From an uncultured bacterium (GTDB lineage Bacteria > Gemmatimonadota > Gemmatimonadetes > Gemmatimonadales > Gemmatimonadaceae), in assembly GCA_963978095.1 (NCBI GenBank), contig CAXBQP010000010.1, positions 1-61,597 on the forward strand: 61,597 nt of DNA. The letters are read 5' to 3'. Position 1 is the first letter of the stretch. Every line of letters begins with the position of its first letter. The position numbers were made by a program, and so were the translations under genes. Shown in pieces: positions 19,867 through 27,866 of the stretch. Under the pieces are notes generated by a model that had not been told where the DNA came from, did not search any database, and worked only from the letters and a program-made list of their open reading frames with translations.

Positions 19867-21746
19867 GGCGTCTTCCCTGCCCGGACCGTCTCGCCGTCGT
19901 CGATGATGCGCGGCGTGATCAGGATGAGCAGATCCTGTTTCCGTTCCACGGTCTCGTTCTCGGAGAAGAGACGACCGATGCCGGGCAGGTTCATCAGGAA
20001 CGGGATCCCGCGCCGATTGCGCGACACCTGCGTCTGCGTCAGGCCGCCGATGACCGCCGTCTCGCCGTCGCCGACGAGCACTTCGTTGCGACTGAAGCGC
20101 TTGTTGATGGTCGGCCCAGCCACCGTCGCGCCCGCGAGCGACTGCTGCTCCGCGTACACGGACATGAGCACCTGATGGTTGGCCGTCACATGCGGCGTGA
20201 CGCGGAGCGTGATGCCGACATCCTGGCGCTGCTGTTGCGGCCCCGACTGCGTCAGCTGTCCGGGAACGGTCGGCGGGGTGAGCAGATACGCGATCTGCGT
20301 GCCGGCGAACAACTCGGCCTCCCGATTGTCGACCGTGGTGGTGCTCGGCTCGGCCTGCACGTCGGAGAGTTGCTGTTCGCTCAGCGCGTCCAGGAACGAG
20401 GTAAGGTTGAACCCGCCCAGCGTCATGTTGTAGATCAACGACAGCGACGAGGTCGACTTGTACGCCCGGCTCGCATTCGCCACGCCGGCGAGTCCGTCGC
20501 CTGAAATATTCACGCGGAAATCGCCCGGCACCGGCGTGTCGCCATTCAATCGCGGCAGCACCGCGTTGCTGAAGGTGTTGGCCGAGCCGAGGTCGTAGCT
20601 GATGCCGAGCTGCTCGGTGCCCGTCCGGTCGACCGCAATGATTTTCGCCTTGATGGCGACCTGCGGCGTGCGCACATCCAGATCCCGGATGTAGTTGGCG
20701 ATGTCCGCCAGCCGCCCCGGCGTCTCGGTGACGATCACGGCGTTGGTCTTCTCGTCGAAGCTGACGACGCCGCGCGAACTGCAGCTCGCCCCGACGCCCG
20801 GGGAGGCAGTCGCTCCAGTCGCCGAACTCCCGCCCGCGCCCGATCCGGCGCCACTCGTGCCGGTGACGACCTCGGAGACCGCCGCCTTCGGCGCACCTCC
20901 TCCGCAGCCAGCGCCCAGGAGCTGGCGCACCGTGGCCGCCATCGTCTCCGCTTTGGCGTAGTTCACCTGGATCACCTGCGTCTGCACCGGTTCCACGCGC
21001 TGCTTGTCCGCGATGTTCGCGTAGCTGTCGACGGTGATGATCCCCGACGGCTCCACGACCAACGAAAGCCCCTGCGATGCCAGGATACTCTTGAGCGCCA
21101 GGTCCCACGGTTGGTTCTTGATGTCCGCGGTCACGAAGCCGTCCACCTGACGGCCCACGACGATGGTACGCCCGCTGAACTGCGCAAAGCTGGTGATGAC
21201 ATCGCGGATGTGCGTTTCCTGGAACGACACCGTGATGCGTCGCTCCGGCGATTGCTGCGGGGCCGGAGCCGCAGGGGCCGCTGGCGACGCGACCGCGGGT
21301 CTCGCACCGAGACTCCAGGTCGCGAAGCGATCGGGCCCTGCCACGGAGATCCGGACATCTTTCTCGCCGCGGACCACGGTGTACTCGTGATCGCCGTCAA
21401 GGTCGAGCACGACGCGCACCACTCCCGGCTTGTACTGCGCGAGTCGCACATTCGTGATGCCGCCGCGAGAGACCTTGTCATACAGGCGCGCGGGGACGCC
21501 GAGGGTGGCGCCACGCAGATCGACGACGATCCGGCGCGGGCTCTCGAGCGTGAAGTCGAACAGGTCGATCGGCCCCTCGACCGCGATGACGACTTCGGCG
21601 CGTCCGGTTCCCGGGGTCACGCTGACCGCGGTGATGCTGCCCGGCGCGTCGTTCCGCACCGTAGGCTCGGCGTCGGCGCGCGGAGCACCGAGGGCGATGA
21701 GCAGGCACGCAGCCGACAGCGCCGCGATGTGACGGACTCGCGTCAT
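19863..21746 (-). CDS. pilQ: Type IV pilus secretin
   Basis: AMIN domain, N0 (IKNQPWDLAL), N3 (DEKTNAVIV), PQVAIKAKI, GITLRVTPHV, GETAVIGGL, IPFLMNLPGIGRLF. Confidence 0.93.
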   Translation of the reverse strand: MTRVRHIAALSAACLLIALGAPRADAEPTVRNDAPGSITAVSVTPGTGRAEVVIAVEGPIDLFDFTLESPRRIVVDLRGATLGVPARLYDKVSRGGITNVRLAQYKPGVVRVVLDLDGDHEYTVVRGEKDVRISVAGPDRFATWSLGARPAVASPAAPAAPAPQQSPERRITVSFQETHIRDVITSFAQFSGRTIVVGRQVDGFVTADIKNQPWDLALKSILASQGLSLVVEPSGIITVDSYANIADKQRVEPVQTQVIQVNYAKAETMAATVRQLLGAGCGGGAPKAAVSEVVTGTSGAGSGAGGSSATGATASPGVGASCSSRGVVSFDEKTNAVIVTETPGRLADIANYIRDLDVRTPQVAIKAKIIAVDRTGTEQLGISYDLGSANTFSNAVLPRLNGDTPVPGDFRVNISGDGLAGVANASRAYKSTSSLSLIYNMTLGGFNLTSFLDALSEQQLSDVQAEPSTTTVDNREAELFAGTQIAYLLTPPTVPGQLTQSGPQQQRQDVGITLRVTPHVTANHQVLMSVYAEQQSLAGATVAGPTINKRFSRNEVLVGDGETAVIGGLTQTQVSRNRRGIPFLMNLPGIGRLFSENETVERKQDLLILITPRIIDDGETVRAGKTP

Positions 21747-22237
21747 TGCGGTCTCCTTGTGGTGTTACTCTTGGCGTCCTTCTTCGGCGTCTTGTCCATC
21801 ACGAGCGTCTGTTGGCGGCTCATGCCGAACTCGTCGACGGCGAAGGTGATGTCTTGTGGTCCGATCTTTGCGACCTTCATGCGGCCGAGTGCTGCACCGA
21901 TCATCACGCGATACGTCTGACCGTTGGATCCGTCGGTGAGGATCGCGACGGAACGTCGCGGCGACTCCGTGTCGTAGATCACGCCGATCAGGGCCAGATC
22001 AGCCAGCAACGGCCGCAGTTCGCCGGACGACATGAGCGACACGAACGGATCGCGGCGCCCCTCGGCGGCATAGCTGAAGACCTCGCGCATGATCACCACA
22101 CCAGTGCTGTCCTTGGCCGGTTCCGCGGCGGCCGCGCGCGGTTTGGCCGGAGTGGCGCGCTGTGCGCGCGACACCGACGGTACGAGGGACACGAGCAGCG
22201 TGGCCAACAGGAGGATCCCGCGCATCAATCGCGTCAT
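21743..22237 (-). CDS. pilP: PilP-like alignment subunit
   Basis: FSY...GRRDPF motif, LALIGVI; position between pilO and pilQ. Confidence 0.8.
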   Translation of the reverse strand: MTRLMRGILLLATLLVSLVPSVSRAQRATPAKPRAAAAEPAKDSTGVVIMREVFSYAAEGRRDPFVSLMSSGELRPLLADLALIGVIYDTESPRRSVAILTDGSNGQTYRVMIGAALGRMKVAKIGPQDITFAVDEFGMSRQQTLVMDKTPKKDAKSNTTRRPQ

Positions 22238-22890
22238 GCGCCACCGTCCTTGGCGGCGCCCGCGTCAGGGCGGGAAGCACGCTTGGGCTTTGGCTTCGCC
22301 TTGGGCGGTGCCGTGCGCACGACCGCCGTTTGCAGTTCGAAGGTCGCGACGAGGGTCTGTTTGCCCGGCGTCACCTTGGCCGCGGTAGCCCCGGTCGGCA
22401 GGGCGAGCATCAGGTTCACGGGCGACACGATCCGCGGGAGCGATCCGATGTTGGCGAGCACCGCGGCGATATCGTGATAAGGGCCGGTCAACCGCATGCG
22501 ATACCGATGCGTGTCGAACAATTCTCCCTCGACCACCGGGAGCGGCTCGACCGTGCCGATGTCGAGATTCGCCCGACGCGCCGAGTTGGAGATCTGGTCG
22601 ATGAGTGCAGAGACTTCCGCGCCGACCGGCACCAAGGTGCGCAGGGTGGCGAGATCGGCGCGACTGCGATCCGTGTTCGCGGTGATCTGCTTGGTGTTGC
22701 CTTTGGCAATCTCCGCCTTGGCGAGCCGGTTCAGGCTGTCCACGGTATCGAGCCGAGCGCGCAAGTCATGGATCTCCAAGCGCTTGGGCTCGAAAATTCC
22801 ATACCAGTAGCCGGCGGCGGCGGCAACGCCGAGGAAGCCGAGGAAGAACAGCCGCTGGCCGCGCGGATCCGTCGGAAGTCCGAGTGCCAT
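22234..22890 (-). CDS. pilO: Type IVa pilus alignment protein PilO
   Basis: One TM, coiled coil, LVP..AEV..LIDQI, GPYHDIAAVLANIGSLPRIV. Confidence 0.9.
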   Translation of the reverse strand: MALGLPTDPRGQRLFFLGFLGVAAAAGYWYGIFEPKRLEIHDLRARLDTVDSLNRLAKAEIAKGNTKQITANTDRSRADLATLRTLVPVGAEVSALIDQISNSARRANLDIGTVEPLPVVEGELFDTHRYRMRLTGPYHDIAAVLANIGSLPRIVSPVNLMLALPTGATAAKVTPGKQTLVATFELQTAVVRTAPPKAKPKPKRASRPDAGAAKDGGA

Positions 22891-23642
22891 CAGGGACGCT
22901 CCAAGGCGCGGAAGGGCGCGCGCCGGATGGCCGTGGAATCCGGCTGCTGGTACCGCAGTTCGAGCGTGAACTGCGTGGCTTCCTTGCCCGCCGGCTGGAC
23001 GGTGACCAACTCGGTCTTCACCAGTTGCACGTCCTGCAGGAAGGGAGACGCCTCAAGCTGCTTCCAGAAGCGGGTGATTGCCTGCACATCCACGGTCTGC
23101 CCGATGATCTTGAGCTTGAGCACCTGCGATGCCTTGAGCGCACTGTCGGCTTCCGCCGCGATCTTGGACGGGTCCGCACCCGTGAAGAGCCCGGCGTCGA
23201 TCTCCGGGGTGAGCGAAGCCACCGGACTGGTCTGCTGCACCAGGATCAACCAGGTGTAACTCGGCAAGGCACGACTGATTTCTTCCATCACGTGCGGCCA
23301 GACGAATCGGGATCCGTCGATCGTGTTCACGATCCGCAACTGGCGCGCCACCGAGTCCCGCACGGCGGACGCCACCGCCCGCTGTTTGATCACTTGCGCG
23401 AAGCGCAGGGAATCGCCGTGGGCCTTGCTCTCGCGGGCTTTGACCTCCTCGAAGCTCCTGCCCTGGAAGTACCACATACCCACCACCGCTCCGACACCGA
23501 CCAGAAAGAGGGTGGTGGCGATGACGAAGAGGCGGTCGATGTGGAAGCGCGACGCCAGTTCGCGGAACGCATCACCGACTTCCATCTTGGCGGCCGACGG
23601 CTGCTTGCGTTTCGCGCCGGGCAGGAGATTGATCTCGATCAT
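22890..23642 (-). CDS. pilN: Type IVa pilus alignment protein PilN
   Basis: MIEINLLP motif, one TM, WPHVMEEISRALPSYTWL, LEASPF. Confidence 0.92.
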   Translation of the reverse strand: MIEINLLPGAKRKQPSAAKMEVGDAFRELASRFHIDRLFVIATTLFLVGVGAVVGMWYFQGRSFEEVKARESKAHGDSLRFAQVIKQRAVASAVRDSVARQLRIVNTIDGSRFVWPHVMEEISRALPSYTWLILVQQTSPVASLTPEIDAGLFTGADPSKIAAEADSALKASQVLKLKIIGQTVDVQAITRFWKQLEASPFLQDVQLVKTELVTVQPAGKEATQFTLELRYQQPDSTAIRRAPFRALERP

Positions 23643-23649
23643 CGGCGGC

Positions 23650-24693
23650 TCAGGCGCTCTGGCGCAAGGCCAGGCCGATGGGCAACATCAGCAGCGGCGC
23701 GACCTCATCGATGACGAGGCCGTCGAGCGCCCCGTCCGCGATCTGCAGATTCCCGAGGGAGTTCGCATGCTCCATCGGGATGCCGAGGCGGTCGCCGAGC
23801 AGATCGTCGAGCCCCGGAATCCGCGAACCGCCACCGCACAGGAACATGGTCCGCAGGGCGCCCGCGCTGCGCGAGTTGGTGGCGAGAAAGGCGATGGCGC
23901 GATCGATGCCCGTGACGATCTCATCGCCGCGCACCGCCACCACCGCGTCGAGCGGCTCGTTTCGGTCGTAGCCTTGGATCATCGCGGCCGCGTCGTCGAG
24001 CGACAGCCCGTGGTCCCGTTGCAGGTCCTCGCGGAACTTGCGTGTGCCCACCGTGATGTCGCGGGTGAGGATCGGCACGCCGTCGTCGAGGATGTTGATG
24101 TTCGTGACTTCGTGCCCGATGTTGAGCAACCCGACCAGCCCGGCGAGCGCATCCGGATGGTTCAGCTCGAAGGCGTTGTGGAGCGCGAAGGCGTCCACAT
24201 CGACCACGGACGGTTCCAGCCCGGATTCGCTCAGCACGCGCATCTTGGACTCCACGAGTTCCCGCTTCGCGGCGACGAGCAGCACCTGCATCTCGGGCCC
24301 GGTCCCCTCGGGATCGAGAATCTGGAAATCCAGCTCGACCGATTCCATGTCGAACGGCACATGCTGCTCGGCCTCCCAGCGCATGAGCTCACGGGCCTGA
24401 TGCTCGTTCACCCGCTCGATCTGGATCTTCTTGATGATGACGTCGCGCCCGCCGACGGCGACCACGACCTGCTTGGTCGCGACCCCCGCTTCGGTCAGCG
24501 CGGCCGCAATCGCCTCCGACACGATGCTCGGGTCCATGATCTCCCCGTCGACGATCGCGTCGGCCAGCAAGGGCATGATGACGACCTTGGTGAGCATCGG
24601 TGTGCGCGTCCCGTGTTCGATCACGGCCACTTTGATGAGGCCGGAACCGATATCGAGACCCACCGTGCTCTGTTTGCGGCCGAAAAGCGGCAT
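23650..24693 (-). CDS. pilM: Type IVa pilus actin-like protein PilM
   Basis: VGLDIGSGLIK, EAEQHVPF, VLLVAAK, LCGGGSRIPGL, IGLALR. Confidence 0.94.
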   Translation of the reverse strand: MPLFGRKQSTVGLDIGSGLIKVAVIEHGTRTPMLTKVVIMPLLADAIVDGEIMDPSIVSEAIAAALTEAGVATKQVVVAVGGRDVIIKKIQIERVNEHQARELMRWEAEQHVPFDMESVELDFQILDPEGTGPEMQVLLVAAKRELVESKMRVLSESGLEPSVVDVDAFALHNAFELNHPDALAGLVGLLNIGHEVTNINILDDGVPILTRDITVGTRKFREDLQRDHGLSLDDAAAMIQGYDRNEPLDAVVAVRGDEIVTGIDRAIAFLATNSRSAGALRTMFLCGGGSRIPGLDDLLGDRLGIPMEHANSLGNLQIADGALDGLVIDEVAPLLMLPIGLALRQSA

Positions 24694-24861
24694 GCGAAAG
24701 GGACGGAGATCCCGGCAGGCCCCCGACCGGCTTTCCGGCCTCAGGACCAACCAGGCACAACCAAGAACGGCCCAACCCGGCGCACCAGCGGCCCGATGGG
24801 ACTCCCTGCCACCATGACACGAGCGGACAGGCGGGGAGGTAACGAACCCGCGGTGACACGT

Positions 24862-25326
24862 TCAGGGGTCTGGGGCCCACCACCAGCCCGGTAGCCGCTG
24901 AAGACTCAGCCCCCCACCGGTGTCCGCAACAATAAACAGGAATGCCACGATTCCAGCATCCCCCCTCCCCCCACCGACGCGGCTCCGTGCCGCGCTGGAG
25001 GCCCGAACGAACCGCCCCCCGAGTCGGACCAAGCTCACGACCACCGTGTCGCGCCCGACCACGCTGCGCTGTTGGCGGACCGATCCGGGGAGCGCCCGCA
25101 GCCAGGCGCTGTCAGTCGGGGCGTCGATCTGGGGGCTCAAGGCCGATTCCGCGAGCCCCAACGCGTTGACACGTGCCCGCCCCCCCCGCGCCAGACGTAG
25201 GTCCTGCAGCGACGCATCCAACGCGATCGCGCCGAGCATCGCCACGACCAACAGCGCCACGAGCGCCATCAGCAGTGCGACGCCCGGACGCGCGCGCGCG
25301 CTGCGGAGCCCGCCACGCCCCGTCAC
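24862..25326 (-). CDS. PilX-like minor pilin
   Basis: RPG|VALLMALVAL class III signal lacking Glu+5 (PilX/GspK trait), then ALGLAESAL. Confidence 0.7.
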   Translation of the reverse strand: MTGRGGLRSARARPGVALLMALVALLVVAMLGAIALDASLQDLRLARGGRARVNALGLAESALSPQIDAPTDSAWLRALPGSVRQQRSVVGRDTVVVSLVRLGGRFVRASSAARSRVGGGRGDAGIVAFLFIVADTGGGLSLQRLPGWWWAPDP

Positions 25327-26162
25327 GGAACAGCGGGCGTCATCGGCGGCACCGTCGCGGTGAGCGGCCGTTGCCCGAGCACCAGTGACTGCGCCGACCG
25401 CACGGCGATGATCACCTCACCCGTTGGCATCACGCGGAAACGCAACCCACTGTCAGCTGGCGCCGCCAACGGTCCCGCGACCGGTTGCGATGCCGCGCAG
25501 TGACCGGGGGCATCACAACTCCGGTACGCCAACTCCCAACTCTTGTCCGATCCCCGCACCAGCCCCCAGCGACCACGACGCACCATCCGTATCGGCGCCC
25601 CGACCGTCACACCGCTGGACAGCGCGCTCGCGACGACCAGACGGGTGAGGGGACGCCGCAGGACACTGTCGCTCCGCGACACAAAACCCGTGGACGGCGG
25701 ACACCCGGCCCCCTCGAATCGCGAGGCCGCAGAATCCACGAGGTATCGCCCCCATCCGCGAGCGATCGTGTCGTAGACGTACAGGAGATCTCCCGCCGCG
25801 GGGGTGTACCGCCAGCGACTCAAGGGCGTCGCGCCAGTGGTCTGCGTGGGGGGAAGCGTCAGCGTGCGCGCGCCGACCGAGCAGGCGACTGAAGTACCGA
25901 CATGCGCCAACAGCTCGAGCGCCGTGTCCCCTCGGAGCAGAAGACTGTCACCAAGCGACGCCCGGATCTCCGAGCGCAGCAGCAGCTCGACATCCTGTTC
26001 GAGCCGTACGGCCTCACTCGACCGGCTCCCCGCGCGTACCCGACGCTCGGCCGCCACCATCACCGAGGCCGCGAGCGCCGCAACCACGCTGCTGATCACC
26101 AGCGCGACCAACAACTCGGCAAGCACGGCCCCTGGTCGGCAGTGGCGACGAGCACCACTCAT
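25323..26162 (-). CDS. PilW-like minor pilin
   Basis: RPG|AVLAELLVAL prepilin motif with Glu+5; start overlaps the upstream stop (ATGA). Confidence 0.7.
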   Translation of the reverse strand: MSGARRHCRPGAVLAELLVALVISSVVAALAASVMVAAERRVRAGSRSSEAVRLEQDVELLLRSEIRASLGDSLLLRGDTALELLAHVGTSVACSVGARTLTLPPTQTTGATPLSRWRYTPAAGDLLYVYDTIARGWGRYLVDSAASRFEGAGCPPSTGFVSRSDSVLRRPLTRLVVASALSSGVTVGAPIRMVRRGRWGLVRGSDKSWELAYRSCDAPGHCAASQPVAGPLAAPADSGLRFRVMPTGEVIIAVRSAQSLVLGQRPLTATVPPMTPAVP

Positions 26163-26506
26163 GGTGCGCAGCGGGCAGAGGCCGTCATCACGATCGGGTG
26201 ATGGGCATGCAGCGGCACGATACGCGACGACAGCGTCCAGCTGCCCTGACTGACACGGACCGTCCACTGCACCGCGCCCCACGGACCGCGACGCCCACCC
26301 GCCGAATCGCTCCCGCATGCGCGGGCGTCCGACCACTCGATCTGTTCCTGGACTGCTCGGGCCCCCTCACGCTCGGCATCGGCGAGCAGCCGGAGCCGCT
26401 GGTCGGCCAACAGCACGCTGGTGAGCACGAGCCCCGCGACCGATGCCATGAGCACCGCGACGACGACTTCCGCGAGCGTGAATCCGTCAGGAGTGGGACG
26501 ATGCAT
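26159..26506 (-). CDS. PilV-like minor pilin
   Basis: DG|FTLAEVVVAV N-methylation motif, short length. Start 26506 has TATCGT 7 nt upstream. Confidence 0.75.
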   Translation of the reverse strand: MHRPTPDGFTLAEVVVAVLMASVAGLVLTSVLLADQRLRLLADAEREGARAVQEQIEWSDARACGSDSAGGRRGPWGAVQWTVRVSQGSWTLSSRIVPLHAHHPIVMTASARCAP

Positions 26507-26640
26507 GTCGACCACGATAGCGCGTGATGCGTATCAGGCCGGCATCAGAGGATTGCGCCACACAGCAAATCCACGCCGGTGTAAACGGACGCGGGCCGGA
26601 CGAGATCGTCCGGCCCGCGCGCATCACCGCTCCCCGCGAC

Positions 26641-27015
26641 TCACTGGCAGATCGGCTCGCCTTCCGTCGTGGCGCCACCACCCAGCGTAATCCTGCAGGT
26701 CTTGGACGTGGAGGCGTGTGTGGCGGTCGCCGCCCACCCACTCGACGTCACGCTGCCGATCGTGACATTGACCCCCGTCGACGCGCGGTAGCCCGTGCCC
26801 AGTGCCGTGGTGCTGGAGGCATAGGTGCTGTTGTTGTCGGAGAAATACGCTTCCTGCGCGGTGATCAAGTTGCGCAGGTCCGATTTCATCGACGCCAAAT
26901 AGGCCTTCTCCTTGGTATTGGCGAACTTGGGAATCGCGATCGACGCGAGAATCCCGATGATGACCACCACGATGAGCAGTTCGATCAGGGTGAAACCTTT
27001 GCGGACTGAACGCAT
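26641..27015 (-). CDS. pilA: Type IVa pilin, copy 2 (124 aa)
   Basis: MRSVRKG|FTLIELLIVVVIIGILASIAIPKF, C-terminal Cys pair, GGAG RBS. Confidence 0.9.
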   Translation of the reverse strand: MRSVRKGFTLIELLIVVVIIGILASIAIPKFANTKEKAYLASMKSDLRNLITAQEAYFSDNNSTYASSTTALGTGYRASTGVNVTIGSVTSSGWAATATHASTSKTCRITLGGGATTEGEPICQ

Positions 27016-27161
27016 GACACGAACTCCGTTTCGGGGAAATTCCCACACTCGCTGAGCGTGGGGGCTAACAGCGAAGGTTGACTGAGTACGGGAGGCGCCA
27101 ACCTTCAGAATTCCAGAACTGTACAGCAACGATACAGCAGGTCGTGCGGCTCACGCAAGGA

Positions 27162-27197
27162 CGAGCGGGCTGGACGACATGTCGTCCAGCCCGCTCG
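27162..27197 (-). terminator. Perfect 36-bp palindrome after pilin copy 1 (terminator or mRNA-stabilising hairpin)
   Basis: CGAGCGGGCTGGACGACATGTCGTCCAGCCCGCTCG is its own reverse complement. Confidence 0.75.
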
Positions 27198-27229
27198 CGA
27201 CTCACAGCCCCAACCAGGTCATGCCAAGC

Positions 27230-27604
27230 TCAGCTGCAGTTCGGCTCGCCTTCCGCGGTGGCCGAACCACCGAGGGTGATCGTGCAGGTCTTCGAGGTCG
27301 AGCCGTGCGTGGCCGTGGCCGACCAGCCGGTCGACGACACGCCGCCGATCGTGACCGTCACGCCGGTCGACGCCTTGTAGGTGGTGCCGAGGGCAGTGGT
27401 CGACGAAGCGTACGTGCTGTTGTTGTCCGAGAAGTAGGCTTCCTGCGCGGTGATCAGGTTGCGCAGATCCGACTTCATCGACGCGATATAGGCCTTCTCC
27501 TTGGTGTTCGCGAACTTCGGGATCGCAATCGCGGCCAGAATGCCGATGATCACAACGACGATCAGCAGCTCGATCAGGGTAAAGCCCTTACGCTTGGTCA
27601 ACAT
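27230..27604 (-). CDS. pilA: Type IVa major pilin, copy 1 (124 aa)
   Basis: MLTKRKG|FTLIELLIVVVIIGILAAIAIPKF, C-terminal Cys pair, GGAG RBS, sigma-54 promoter upstream. Confidence 0.93.
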   Translation of the reverse strand: MLTKRKGFTLIELLIVVVIIGILAAIAIPKFANTKEKAYIASMKSDLRNLITAQEAYFSDNNSTYASSTTALGTTYKASTGVTVTIGGVSSTGWSATATHGSTSKTCTITLGGSATAEGEPNCS

Positions 27605-27701
27605 GCCGAGACTCCGTTGAACGGTGGTTTGGATTCCAACGAGAAGAAGACGACCAGCAACGGGAGAGGTTTCACCCGCGGCGTGTCCTTGAAACGGGTA
27701 C

Positions 27702-27717
27702 AGCATTTGTCATACCA
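27702..27717 (-). promoter_or_regulatory. Sigma-54 (-24/-12) promoter of pilin copy 1
   Basis: Minus strand TGGTATGACAAATGCT = GG-N10-GC; a GAFTGA activator (pilR) is encoded in the locus. Confidence 0.75.
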
Positions 27718-27741
27718 CGTGGAACGTACAACCTAACCTGT

Positions 27742-27760
27742 TATAAGACAATATCTTATA
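27742..27760. promoter_or_regulatory. AT-rich palindrome upstream of the pilin promoter (candidate DNA-bending protein or regulator site)
   Basis: TATAAGA-CAATA-TCTTATA inverted repeat about 25-45 bp upstream of the -24 box. Confidence 0.45.
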
Positions 27761-27866
27761 CCAGAACCGCCACCGCCGCAACCGCTAACGGTGCCGCGGA
27801 ACGCGGGGGACGTTGCAATCTGCGAGACCCGGCCGGCCCCGCTTCCGCCGGATCGTCAGGGCTCCA

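Noticed and set aside
27016..27160. c-di-GMP riboswitch before pilin copy 2
   Set aside because: The GGCAAAC / GNRA tetraloop-receptor features of class I are not visible; kept only as an unknown structured leader.
26641..27604. Pilins as conductive e-pili, since the N-terminus resembles Geobacter PilA (KAY...SDLRNL.TA)
   Set aside because: Only 8 F/Y/W in 117 residues, Tyr27 is replaced by Thr, and no multiheme cytochromes are in the window; the similarity is general to this pilin class.
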